From the NCBI GenBank assembly GCA_028714955.1, contig JAQTLK010000004.1:709-64708 (forward strand): DNA of 64,000 bases. Reading direction: 5' to 3'. Each line of letters opens with the position of its first letter. Within the stretch, counting starts at the first letter, position 1. Position numbers and translations under genes: made by a program. This DNA is from Sulfuricella sp. (GTDB lineage: Bacteria; Pseudomonadota; Gammaproteobacteria; Burkholderiales; Sulfuricellaceae). Positions 47,544-57,900 of this stretch are shown in pieces. The notes beneath the pieces were generated by a model that saw only the letters and a list, made by a program, of their open reading frames with translations, ran no database searches and was not told the origin of the DNA.

Positions 47544-48827
47544 TTATTTCAATTTTTCAAAAGCGCGCCGCGCGGCTTCCAGCGTCGCAGCGATCTCCGC
47601 ATCGCCGTGGGCGGCGGACACGAATCCGGCCTCGAAGGCGGAAGGCGCAAAGTACACTCCCTCGTCCAGCATGGCATGGAAGAAGCGGTTGAACCTCTCC
47701 TTGTCGCACTGCATCACTTCGGCGTAGCTGGTCGGAACGGTGGCACTGAAGTACAGGCCGAACATGCCGCCCACTGCCTGTGCACAGAAGGGAATACCCA
47801 GTTCCCGTGCCACGGCAGTCAGTCCGTCGGTGAGCTTGCGCGTCATGGCGCCCAGCTTTTCATAAAATTCGGGCGTCTGCAGCAATTTCAAGGTGGCCAG
47901 TCCCGCCGCCACCGCCACCGGATTGCCGGACAGGGTGCCGGCCTGGTAAACCGGGCCGAGCGGCGCGAGTTTTTCCATGATGTCGCGCCGCCCGCCGAAG
48001 GCGCCGACCGGCATGCCGCCGCCGATCACCTTGCCCAGGGTGGTGAGATCAGGCGTAATCCCATAGAGGCCCTGCGCGCTGCCAGGGCCGACGCGAAAGC
48101 CAGTCATCACTTCGTCGAAAACCAGCACGCTGCCATGCTGCGTGCACAAGTCGCGCAGCGCCTGGAGAAATTCCGGCCTGGGCGCGATCAGGTTCATGTT
48201 GCCGGCAACGGGCTCGACGATCACGGCAGCGATCTCGCCGCCAATGCTCTTGAACGTCTGCGTCAAGCCTGCGACATCGTTATAGCCCAGCACCAGGGTT
48301 TGCGCCGCGACTTCCGCGGGAACGCCCGCCGAGCTGGGGTTGCCGAAAGTCAGCGCGCCGGAACCGGCCTTCACCAGCAGGAAATCGGCGTGGCCGTGGT
48401 AGCAGCCTTCGAACTTGATGATCCTGCTGCGCCCAGTAAAGCCGCGCGCCAGGCGGATGGCGCTCATGGTGGCCTCGGTACCGGAACTGACCAGGCGCAC
48501 CTGCTCCATGGAAGGCACCAGCTTGCACAGCAGTTCGGCCATCTCCAGCTCGCGCGCGGTGGGCGCGCCGAAGCTGAGTCCACGCGCCGCGGCTTCCTGC
48601 ACCGCCTTGACCACTTTGGGGTAGGCGTGGCCGAGGATGGCCGGCCCCCAGGAGCCGACATAGTCGATGTAGGATTTTCCGTCCTCGTCCCACAGCATGG
48701 CGCCCTTGCCGCGCTTGAAGAACACCGGCGTGCCGCCAACCGAACCGAAGGCGCGCACCGGGGAGTTCACGCCGCCGGGAATGAGCCGTTGGGATTGTTC
48801 GAATAAAGTCTGGTTACGTGAAGTCAT
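47544..48827 (-). CDS. hemL: Glutamate-1-semialdehyde 2,1-aminomutase
   Basis: [44 protein letters not shown]. Confidence 0.98.
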   Translation of the reverse strand: MTSRNQTLFEQSQRLIPGGVNSPVRAFGSVGGTPVFFKRGKGAMLWDEDGKSYIDYVGSWGPAILGHAYPKVVKAVQEAAARGLSFGAPTARELEMAELLCKLVPSMEQVRLVSSGTEATMSAIRLARGFTGRSRIIKFEGCYHGHADFLLVKAGSGALTFGNPSSAGVPAEVAAQTLVLGYNDVAGLTQTFKSIGGEIAAVIVEPVAGNMNLIAPRPEFLQALRDLCTQHGSVLVFDEVMTGFRVGPGSAQGLYGITPDLTTLGKVIGGGMPVGAFGGRRDIMEKLAPLGPVYQAGTLSGNPVAVAAGLATLKLLQTPEFYEKLGAMTRKLTDGLTAVARELGIPFCAQAVGGMFGLYFSATVPTSYAEVMQCDKERFNRFFHAMLDEGVYFAPSAFEAGFVSAAHGDAEIAATLEAARRAFEKLK

Positions 48828-48839
48828 GAGCATCGGGTC

Positions 48840-49481
48840 CTAATGCAGCCAGCGTCCAGGTGAAGCCGGACGGCTGAAAAGTTGAGAATATTGTCGCGCT
48901 GCCAGCTCGATGTCCGGCGCGTCGAACAGGCCGGAAATCACTGCTATCGCGGCGGCGCCCGCCTCGATCAGCACCGGCGCATTTTCTGGCGTGATGCCGC
49001 CGATGGCTATTATGGGAACATGCAAACGTTTGCGTGCTTCCTGCAACAGGTCAAGCGGGGCGGCCACTGCCCCGGGTTTGGTCGCGGAGGGGAAGAAGCT
49101 GCCAAAAGCGACATAATCCGCGCCTCCGGCTTCCGCCGCAAGCGCCAGTTCCAGATCATTGTAGCAGGACACGCCGATCATTTTTTCCGCACCCAGGACG
49201 ATGCGCGCCTGGCGCAGGGAGCCGTCCTCGCGCCCCAGGTGCACCCCATCGGCGCCGCTCAGGTCGGCCAGTCGCAGGCTGTCGTTGACGATCAGCGGCA
49301 CGCCGAAGGCATGGCACAGATCGATCAGTTCGCTGGCCTGCTCATGCTGCAGGGCGACATCCCGACTCTTGCTGCGATACTGCACCACTGCCGCGCCCCC
49401 GGCCAGCGCGGCGCGCACCTGTCGCAGCAATCGTGCCGTATCGGCCTGCTCGGGCGTAATGGCGTAGAGCCCGCTAATCAT
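48840..49481 (-). CDS. thiE: Thiamine phosphate synthase
   Basis: VQYRSK, LIVND, DGVHLG, SCYN, FPSATKP, AIGGIT. Confidence 0.95.
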   Translation of the reverse strand: MISGLYAITPEQADTARLLRQVRAALAGGAAVVQYRSKSRDVALQHEQASELIDLCHAFGVPLIVNDSLRLADLSGADGVHLGREDGSLRQARIVLGAEKMIGVSCYNDLELALAAEAGGADYVAFGSFFPSATKPGAVAAPLDLLQEARKRLHVPIIAIGGITPENAPVLIEAGAAAIAVISGLFDAPDIELAARQYSQLFSRPASPGRWLH

Positions 49482-50295
49482 CGCCGGCGGCCTCGTCCTC
49501 CCGCGCCCAGAATAGCCGGTCAGGAATATATTGCCCCATGCCGGGACGAAAGCCCGCTTTCAGCGCAGCCCAAGTGTATTCCTGGGCCTCGCGCACCGCT
49601 TCGGCCACCTCCAGCCCATGGGCGATGGAGGCTGCCAGCGCCGAGGCCAGCGTGCAGCCGGAACCGTGATAGCTGCCGGGCAGGCGCTGCCAGGCATCGG
49701 AACGCAGCACCCCCTCCTGGCCGTGCAGAACGTTGACCACCTGGGGCGTATTCTCGTGCGTGCCGGTAATCAGCACGTATTCGCAACCGGTTTCTATCAG
49801 GCGCCGCGCGCAATCGTTCAGGTCGAGCTCTTCGTCGCTATCGTACTGTGCAAGGCGGCGCGCTTCCAGGCTGTTGGGCGTGATGATGGTGGTCTGCGGG
49901 ATGAGCATGTCCAGCATGGCCTCCAGCATGTCCTCCGACGCCAGTTCGTCGCCGCGCCCGGAAGCCAGCACGGGGTCGATGATGAGGGGCACGTCGGGAT
50001 AATCCGCGACGATCTCGGCGATCGCCGCGATGATTTCCACGCTGCCCAGCATGCCGATCTTGAACGCCGCGACCGGCATGTCTTCAAGCACGGCGCGGGC
50101 TTGCGCGGCGACCAGTTCCGCATCGAGCGCGTGAACGTCTTCCACCCCCACGGTATCCTGCACCGTGACGGCGGTAATAACCGTCAAGGCGTGGCAGCCC
50201 ATGCTCGACAGGGTCAGCAGGTCGGCCTGCATACCGGCACCCCCGGTGGGGTCGGTAGCGGCAAAAGCGAGAACGATAGGAGGCGAATCGGCCAT
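49474..50295 (-). CDS. thiD: HMP/HMP-P kinase family
   Basis: DPTGGAGMQAD, KIGMLGS, IDPVLASG, ITPNSLEA, YHGSGCTLAS. Confidence 0.92.
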   Translation of the reverse strand: MADSPPIVLAFAATDPTGGAGMQADLLTLSSMGCHALTVITAVTVQDTVGVEDVHALDAELVAAQARAVLEDMPVAAFKIGMLGSVEIIAAIAEIVADYPDVPLIIDPVLASGRGDELASEDMLEAMLDMLIPQTTIITPNSLEARRLAQYDSDEELDLNDCARRLIETGCEYVLITGTHENTPQVVNVLHGQEGVLRSDAWQRLPGSYHGSGCTLASALAASIAHGLEVAEAVREAQEYTWAALKAGFRPGMGQYIPDRLFWAREDEAAGDD

Positions 50296-50359
50296 GATGG
50301 GGGGAATCCGTAAAGCGATCCCGCCGGAGCGGGATGCCGCTACGGCAGTTTACGCGGGT

Positions 50360-51244
50360 TTATTTCAGCTTGTTCAACTGGCGCTGGATCAAGTCATCCG
50401 AGAGCGGCACGTACCCTGCCTCCGCCACTGCCGCCTGCCCTTCCCTCGACAGGCCTGTCTTGAGAAACGCCATTACTTCGGGGGAAACCGGTTTGCCATT
50501 GGGCCTGTCGATATAAAGAAAAAGAAAGTGCTGCAGGCGGTAACTCTTGTTGTAGAGGTTGGCCACCGTCAGCGGAACAAAATCGCCCGCCCCCTTTTTC
50601 AGGGGCACGATCTTCAGGCCGCTATTTGCCTGGTAACGGCCATATCCGAGCGCATCCTTGTTCTGCGCCACCCTGGCCAGCAACTGTTCGTGGCTCAGCT
50701 CTTCGATACCGGGCTTGAAGTCGTCGCGGCACAGCACGGTGTTGCTGAAAAAGTCGCGCACAGGCGACTTGTTGTCGTGCCCGAGCAGCACGATGGATTG
50801 CTTGTCCCACGGTGCCGGCAAACCAAGCTGGCCCCAGGTGGTGATGCGCTCATGCCAGCCGCAACCGTGGCTGGCGGAATAAAGGCTGTCGAGCTGCCTG
50901 TAATCGAGGCCCTTGAGCGGATTGCCGGGGTGCACGTACACCGCCACGGCCTCGATCCCCACCGCGATGGCAGTGGGATAATAGCCATGCACGCGGATAA
51001 AGGCTTCGCTTTCGTCGTTGGTCATTTCGCGGTTCATCGCCGCCAGGTCGGCCTTGCCGGAAATCAGGGCTTTGGGTGCGGTGCTGGTGCCGGGGCTGGA
51101 AATATTGATATCGCCGCCGGAGCGGGCCGCCCACTGTTTCAGGAAAGGCTCCAGCACGCTGGAGCCAATCGAGGTAACGCCAGCCAACGCCGCCGCCGGA
51201 GCGGCCGCCAGCAAGAAAACCAGGGTCAGCAACGTGCGTAACAT
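50360..51244 (-). CDS. PstS-family phosphate-binding protein (orphan)
   Basis: Signal peptide, GTSTAPKALISGKADLAAMNR, AVGIEAVAVYVHP.NP, ALGY, FLYIDR, AGYVPL. No pstCAB adjacent. Confidence 0.8.
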   Translation of the reverse strand: MLRTLLTLVFLLAAAPAAALAGVTSIGSSVLEPFLKQWAARSGGDINISSPGTSTAPKALISGKADLAAMNREMTNDESEAFIRVHGYYPTAIAVGIEAVAVYVHPGNPLKGLDYRQLDSLYSASHGCGWHERITTWGQLGLPAPWDKQSIVLLGHDNKSPVRDFFSNTVLCRDDFKPGIEELSHEQLLARVAQNKDALGYGRYQANSGLKIVPLKKGAGDFVPLTVANLYNKSYRLQHFLFLYIDRPNGKPVSPEVMAFLKTGLSREGQAAVAEAGYVPLSDDLIQRQLNKLK

Positions 51245-51457
51245 AGCTTTATTGCCCTTATTTTATTAACGATGAATTCTTCGCGGCATCATAGCATAAT
51301 TGCCAAAGTCGGCAATTCGCCCAGATTATCGACGATATTGCCATTAACCCCCACAAGGACTTTACCTGTCGGGGTTTTTCTATACAATGGCATGCAGTTA
51401 TGGCTTCGCGTTGTTTCACGTCAGGCAGGCTTCGAACGCGGACTTTGAGGAGGATGA

Positions 51458-51859
51458 GTGAGCGAGGAAAACAATTTGAGCGGCACCAAGGTGATGGTGA
51501 TCGACGACAGCAACACCATCCGTCGCAGTGCTGAAATCTTCCTCTTGAAAGCCGGTTGCGAAGTGATCCTGGCGGAAGACGGCTTCGACGCCATGGCCAA
51601 GATCGCCGATTACCAGCCCGATATCATTTTCGTCGACATCATGATGCCCCGCCTCGACGGCTATCAGGCCACCATGCTGATCAAGAAGAACCCCCGTTTC
51701 AAGCACACGCCCGTCATCATGCTCTCCAGCAAGGATGGGCTGTTCGACCGCGCGCGCGGCAGAATGGTCGGCTCCGACGAATACCTCACCAAGCCCTTCA
51801 CCAAGGACAGCCTGCTGGAAGCCGTCCGTAAACACACAAGCACCCGTAGCGGCGCATAA
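51458..51859 (+). CDS. pilG: Twitching-motility response regulator
   Basis: KVMVIDDSNTIRRSAEIFL, DIMMPRLDGYQ, LSSKDGLFDRARGR. Confidence 0.95.
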   Translation: MSEENNLSGTKVMVIDDSNTIRRSAEIFLLKAGCEVILAEDGFDAMAKIADYQPDIIFVDIMMPRLDGYQATMLIKKNPRFKHTPVIMLSSKDGLFDRARGRMVGSDEYLTKPFTKDSLLEAVRKHTSTRSGA

Positions 51860-51880
51860 ATCAACGTACAGAGGTTACGC

Positions 51881-52246
51881 ATGGCAATCCATAAAATTCT
51901 GGTCGTCGATGATTCACCCACCGAACGCCATTTCCTCAACAGCCTGCTCACCAAGCAGGGTTATCAGATCGTGCTGGCGGAAAATGGCGAAGAGGCCATG
52001 CTCAAGGCCAGGCAGGAAAAGCCCGACCTCATCATCATGGACGTGGTGATGCCCGGCCTCAATGGCTTTCAGGCCACCCGCGCCATCTCCAAGGACGAGG
52101 AAACCCGGCACATTCCCGTCATCATGTGCACCACCAAGGGACAGGAGACGGACAAGGTATGGGCAATGCGCCAGGGCGCCAGGGACTATGTCACCAAACC
52201 GGTGAACCAGGCTGAGCTGCTCGGCAAAATCGCGGCACTCGGCTAA
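51881..52246 (+). CDS. pilH: Twitching-motility response regulator
   Basis: VDDSPTE, MDVVMPGLNGFQATR, TTKGQETDKVW. Confidence 0.95.
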   Translation: MAIHKILVVDDSPTERHFLNSLLTKQGYQIVLAENGEEAMLKARQEKPDLIIMDVVMPGLNGFQATRAISKDEETRHIPVIMCTTKGQETDKVWAMRQGARDYVTKPVNQAELLGKIAALG

Positions 52247-52260
52247 GGACGCCCAACCCC

Positions 52261-52785
52261 ATGGCACGACGCAATAAAATCGGGCTGCGCGAATTCCACC
52301 AGGAGGTGGTCGCCAAGCTGCAGGCCCTGAGTCAGGGCGGCGAAGCCGCGCCCTCATCGAAACTGGGGCTGCAGGCGGGCGATCAGTACTGGCTGGTGGA
52401 TCTGGCCGATATCGGCGAAGTGATCCAGCCGCCGGCGCTCACCCCCGTGCCGCTCTCGCAACCCTGGTTTGCCGGGGTCGCCAACGTGCGCGGCAACCTC
52501 TACAGCGTGGCGGATTTTTCCGCGTTCTGCGGCGGCGAAGCGGTAGCGGACAGCGCGGACAAACGCCTCGTTCTGGCCCACCCAAAATTCATGGTAAATG
52601 CTGGCCTGCTGGTCAGCCGCCTGCTTGGCCTGCGCCATGCAGACCAGTTGCAGGGGCGGGATATCCCGGCTGGCGCGGCGTCCTGGGTGAGCGCCGCGTA
52701 CACCGATAACGAAGGGCACCAATGGCAGGAATTGAACGTGCAGGCCCTGGTCAACGACCACGGCTTCCTGCAGGCGGGGCGGTAG
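52261..52785 (+). CDS. pilI: CheW-like adaptor
   Basis: VPLSQPWFAGVANVRGNLYSVAD. Confidence 0.9.
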   Translation: MARRNKIGLREFHQEVVAKLQALSQGGEAAPSSKLGLQAGDQYWLVDLADIGEVIQPPALTPVPLSQPWFAGVANVRGNLYSVADFSAFCGGEAVADSADKRLVLAHPKFMVNAGLLVSRLLGLRHADQLQGRDIPAGAASWVSAAYTDNEGHQWQELNVQALVNDHGFLQAGR

Positions 52786-52824
52786 CGCAGTACAGGCTCA
52801 AAAACAGCACCGAAAACACGAGGG

Positions 52825-54975
52825 ATGGAGATAAAAACAATGGCGTTCAAAGCGGAAAACCTGATGTTCTGGAAACGTGCCGGCAAAGGCAGGAGCGGTG
52901 CCGAAACCCCGCTGCATACCACCATGATTCTGCAGGGCATGCGCAAGCTTTCGGACAAGGAGCCGGGAACCGTCCCCCTCATCGGCCATCTGCCGATCGA
53001 GAGGCAATACCTGGTTACGGTTTCCACCCTGGTGATATTCCTCATCCTGGCGGTTGCCACCCTGGTCTACAACACCGTGCGCGTGGGCCGCAATGCCGAA
53101 TACGTGGCCACCTCCACCGAAATGCAGATGCTTTCGCAACGGATCGCCAAGAGCGCGCAGCAGGCAGCGCAGGGCAATACCGCCGCGTTCCGGCAACTGG
53201 ACGAAAGCGAAAAGCGCTTCGACAGGAGCCTCAAGAAACTGGTCAATGGCGGTGACGGCCTGCCGGCCTCGCCCGCTTCAGTGCAGCCGTTGCTGAAGGA
53301 GCTGGACAAGAAGTGGACCCCCTTGCAAAAAGCGATCGACCTGATTCTCAAGCAGGAAAAGGGGCTGGTGGATCTGAACCGCAGCGTGGCTGCGATCAAC
53401 ACCAACAACATCCAGTTGCTGGAACTGGCCGAGCAGGTGGCCGGTCTCCTGACCCAATCGGGCGCGCAACTGCGGGAAGTGACCATCGCCTCGCAACTGG
53501 TGATGCTGACCCAGCGCATGGCGAAAAACGCCAACACCCTGCTCTCGTCCGACGTCATCGACCCGGAAGTCGCCTTCCTGCTGGGCAAGGATGCCAACAC
53601 CTTCCACGACATCCTGGATGGCCTTCTCAACGGCAGCGAGGATCTGCGCCTGACCGCAGTCAAAGACCCTGACACCCGCGACAAGCTGAACGAACTCAAC
53701 GAGGCGTTCAAGGAATTTTCCGCGGAATCCAACAAGATTCTGCAAAGCATGCAGGATCTGGTGAACGCCAAGCAGGCCGGACGCTCGATCTTCGTGGGTT
53801 CAGACGGGCTGCTCGATGACGCCCGCAAGCTCGCCGCAGGCTATGAAAAGCTTGCCGGCGGCACAGGGCTGCTGGTGCTGTCCTTCGTTTACGGCCTTCT
53901 CGCCATTGGCGCCCTGGTCATGCTGGGCATGATTAACGTGAACGACGCCAAGAAGCGCGCGCTGGCAAGCGAGCGCGAGAACAAATCCAACCAGGAAGCC
54001 ATTCTGCGGCTGCTGAACGAAATGGGCGACCTGGCGGAAGGCGACCTGACGGTGCGTGCCAAGGTGACAGAAGACATCACCGGCGCCATCGCCGACTCCA
54101 TCAACTATACCATCGACGAATTGCGCGGCCTGGTAACGGAGATCAACAAGACCAGCGAGCAGGTGACCCAGGCTTCCCGCCAGGCGCAGAACATTTCCAA
54201 CGAACTGCTGGAGGCCGCGCAGAAGCAGTCGCAGGAGATCGAGGACACCTCCGCCCAGGTGTTGCAGATGGCGCAATCGATTAACGAGGTATCCGCCAAC
54301 GCCGCCGAGTCCGCCCGCGTGGCACAGCAATCTCTCGATGCGGCCGAGAAGGGCACCACCGCCGTGCACAACTCCATCACCGGCATGAACGAGATTCGCG
54401 AGCAGATCCAGGACACCTCGAAACGCATCAAGCGCCTGGGTGAAAGCTCGCAGGAAATTTCGGAAATCGTCGAACTGATTTCCGACATTACCGAACAGAC
54501 CAACATTCTCGCGCTGAACGCCGCCATCCAGGCTGCATCGGCCGGCGAGGCGGGGCGCGGCTTCACGGTGGTGGCGGAAGAAGTGCAACGTCTGGCGGAG
54601 CGCTCCGGCGAGGCGACGAAACAGATTTCCGCGATTGTGAAGGCCATTCAGACCGATACCCAGGACGCCGTGTCGGCGATGGAAAAGAGCACCCAGGGCG
54701 TGGTGGAGGGCGCCAAACTGTCCGATGCCGCCGGCCAGGCGCTGAACGAAATCGACCAGGTGTCGCGCAACCTCGCGGAACTGATCGAAACCATTTCCCG
54801 CGCCACCCAGAACCAGGCGCAGGCGGCCCGCGTCGTGGCCTCCAACATGCAGGAAATCCAGAACATCACCATCCAGACCACGGAAGGCACCAAAAAAACC
54901 GCCATTTCCGTGGGCGAGCTGGCGACACTGGCAACCGACCTGCGCGGATCGGTGGCTGGCTTCAAACTTTCCTGA
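52825..54975 (+). CDS. pilJ: Methyl-accepting chemotaxis protein
   Basis: Two TM helices, [57 protein letters not shown]. Confidence 0.95.
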   Translation: MEIKTMAFKAENLMFWKRAGKGRSGAETPLHTTMILQGMRKLSDKEPGTVPLIGHLPIERQYLVTVSTLVIFLILAVATLVYNTVRVGRNAEYVATSTEMQMLSQRIAKSAQQAAQGNTAAFRQLDESEKRFDRSLKKLVNGGDGLPASPASVQPLLKELDKKWTPLQKAIDLILKQEKGLVDLNRSVAAINTNNIQLLELAEQVAGLLTQSGAQLREVTIASQLVMLTQRMAKNANTLLSSDVIDPEVAFLLGKDANTFHDILDGLLNGSEDLRLTAVKDPDTRDKLNELNEAFKEFSAESNKILQSMQDLVNAKQAGRSIFVGSDGLLDDARKLAAGYEKLAGGTGLLVLSFVYGLLAIGALVMLGMINVNDAKKRALASERENKSNQEAILRLLNEMGDLAEGDLTVRAKVTEDITGAIADSINYTIDELRGLVTEINKTSEQVTQASRQAQNISNELLEAAQKQSQEIEDTSAQVLQMAQSINEVSANAAESARVAQQSLDAAEKGTTAVHNSITGMNEIREQIQDTSKRIKRLGESSQEISEIVELISDITEQTNILALNAAIQAASAGEAGRGFTVVAEEVQRLAERSGEATKQISAIVKAIQTDTQDAVSAMEKSTQGVVEGAKLSDAAGQALNEIDQVSRNLAELIETISRATQNQAQAARVVASNMQEIQNITIQTTEGTKKTAISVGELATLATDLRGSVAGFKLS

Positions 54976-54999
54976 GCAAGCCAAGGGGCACCTTGATAA

Positions 55000-57900
55000 A
55001 TGAGCATTGAATTCGATACCGGCCCGCTCACCTGGGTCAAGGGTGAAATTGACCAGGCCCTGCAGCAGGCTGACGAAAAACTGGCCCAATTCGCTGCCGA
55101 CGCCTCCGACAGCACGCCGTTGCGCCAGTGCCAGACGCATTTGCACCAGGTCAGCGGCGCCATCCAGATGGTGGGGCTCGAAGGCGTGGCGCGCCTCGGC
55201 GAAGCAATCGAGCAACTGGTCGGGGCGATGGAAAAGCGCGAGGTCGCCATTTCCGGGGCCAATCTCGACTTGATCAAGCGGGGCATGGCCGCACTCTCGC
55301 AGTACCTGGAAGACCTGCTTGGCGGCCAGCCGGACCAGCCGCTGCGGCTGTTTCCTGTTTATCACGCCTTGCTCGCGGCGCGGGGCGTGGAAAAGGTCAG
55401 CGAAAGCGAGCTGTTTTTCCCCGACCTGACCCTCCGCGCGCCGAAAAACCCGGATGTCCACCCCCGCGCCGCCGAGGCGCTGCCGAGCTTCCTCAAGGCC
55501 GAGCGCGCGCGTTACGAGCGCGGCCTGCTCGGCTTCCTGCGTAACGCGGAAGACAGCGCGGCGCTGGGCAAAATGCGCGATGCGCTGGCCGCCATCGAAC
55601 AAACCCAGACCGTTCCGGCGCTTCGCACTTTCTGGTGGAGCGCGACCGGCCTGGCTGAAAGCCTGCTGCACAAGGGCCTGGACGCCAGCCTCAACCTCAA
55701 GCAGTTATGCGGGCGCATAGACCAGCAAATCCGCCGTCTTGCCGAAGGCTCGCCCAAGGTGGCGGAACGCCTGCTGCGCGACGTGCTGTATTTTGTCGCG
55801 CGCAGCAAGCCGGTAAGCGGCAGGGTGGCAGAGATCCAGGGCTTGTTCGAACTAGAGGCATACATGCCCCATAGCGCGGAACAGGAAGCGGCAAAAACCG
55901 AGCAGGAGCGGATGCTGCCGCTGCTGCGCGAATTGCGCGACCTGCTTGCGTCCGCCAAGGAGGCCTGGCTCAAGTTCACCTCGGGCAGCAACGACAGCCT
56001 GGCGAATTTTCATGCTCAGGCCAGGCGCCTGGCGGACAGGGCCTCGGCTTTGGAAAATGCTCCGCTTAACCAGTTGCTGCACCAGATCGGCTATGGCGCC
56101 GCCGCCCTCGCCGCCCATCCCGCCGACATGAACGAAATGGTGGCGATGGAGATGGCTACCGCATTGCTGCTGGCGGAAAACACACTGGAACACTACCTGG
56201 GCGCAACGGATGAGTTCACCCGGCAGGCCGAAGTGCAATCCTCGAGACTGCAGGCGGCGCTGCAGGGCAGGCTGGACGAAATCGAAGTTTCGGACATTCC
56301 GCTGCTGGACGAAATGTCGCGCAAGGCACAGGAAAAACTCCTGCTGGCGCAGGTCGGCCAGGAAATCCAGTCCAACCTGCAGCACATCGAGCAGGTGCTG
56401 GACGGCTTCTTCCGCGATACCGCCAAACGCGACGAATTGCCCGGCCTGAAGCCTTTCCTCAAGCAAATCCAGGGCGCGCTGAAAATTCTCGAGCTGGAAC
56501 CCGCCATCAAACTGCTGGATGAGTGCGAGCGCCTCATCGACGGCTTTTCTCAGCCTGGCCATGAACCCCTGCAGGCGCAGATGGAACAGGTGGCAGAAGG
56601 ATTGAGCAGCCTCGGCTTCTATGTCGAAGCCATCCAGCGTGGCCGCGCGGACGCGGTGCAGATCGTTGACGGCGCCCTTGCCCGCCTCAATCCCGCCGCG
56701 CAAGCGCCGCTTGTGGCCACGCCGGTGGAAATCCCCGAAGAACAAGCCGCCACGAGCGTCGAAGCCAGTCTGGAAGACCAGAAACAGCGCGCCCAGGCCC
56801 TGCTGGAGCAGTGGCAGGAGAACCCTGACGATGCCCAGGCCAAGGCGGACCTGAAAAAACAGTTTTCCGTCTTGCAGCAGGACGCCGAACTGGTGGCGGA
56901 TGGCACGCTCAAATCCCAGGCCACGGAAGCGATGCGCCTTCTGGAACAGGCGGAAATGCCGACGGCCGAGCTGGCTACCGCAACCGCAGCCCTGAGCGCG
57001 CCGAAAATGGCGGCCAGCGTCCCATCGGCGGAGACGACGCGTCTCGCCGGAGAAGCCGACGAAACCATCGATGCCGAAATGCTCGAAATCTTCCTGGAAG
57101 AGGCCGACGAAGTGCTCGCCACGGTGACCGGGAATCTCGACCTATGCCATGCCCGGCCCAACGACAGGGAAGCGCTTGCCACGCTGCGCCGCAGTTTTCA
57201 CACGCTCAAGGGCAGCGGCCGCATGGTGGGCCTGTGGGAATTGGGCGAGGTTGCCTGGGCGATCGAGCAGGTGATGAACAAGTGGCTGCAGGAAGAAAAG
57301 AACGCCACCCCGGAACTCCTCGCCCTGCTTGGCCAGGCGCAGCAGCGCTTTCTTGGCTGGGTAGCCGCGCTGAAAGCCAGCGGCACGGTCAGGATCATGG
57401 CCGACGACCTGGTGGCGGAAGCCGAGCGCCTGAAAACCGGGATGAACGCACCTGGTGTTGCAGCGCCCCCCGAAGCACCCGCCGCGGCCGCTGAAGAAAC
57501 GCCTGCGGCGGAACCGGGCATGGAAATCAGCGCACCGCCCGGCGAGGAGCCCGCTGAAGAAATCATAAGCATCGTCGGGCTTCCCGCCGAGGAAACGCCA
57601 TCCGTTGCCGAAACGTGCGAAGAAAGTGCCGAAGCGGAGCCGCTTCCCGCAGCGCTCATGGAGCAAAGCGCGCCGGCAAGCGAAGCCGGGGTCGAAGCGG
57701 AGCCGCCTGCGGGTGTCGAAGCGCAGCAGCCTCCCGTGGAGGAAGAGCGTGAAATCTCGGTCGGCTCCGTCACCCTGCCCTATGCCCTCTACAGCATATT
57801 CATCAATGAAGCCGGACAGCACCTGGCCACGCTGCGGCAGCACCTGGATGCCCTGACCCAGAACCCCGAAGTGGCCGTGCAGCATGATTTCATGCGAGCG

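Noticed and set aside
45498-48806. 1102-aa plus-strand ORF
   Set aside because: Antisense to vWA, AAA and hemL.
50296-50359. TPP riboswitch upstream of thiD
   Set aside because: Only a 64-nt spacer with a short hairpin; no GGG..CTGAGA core.
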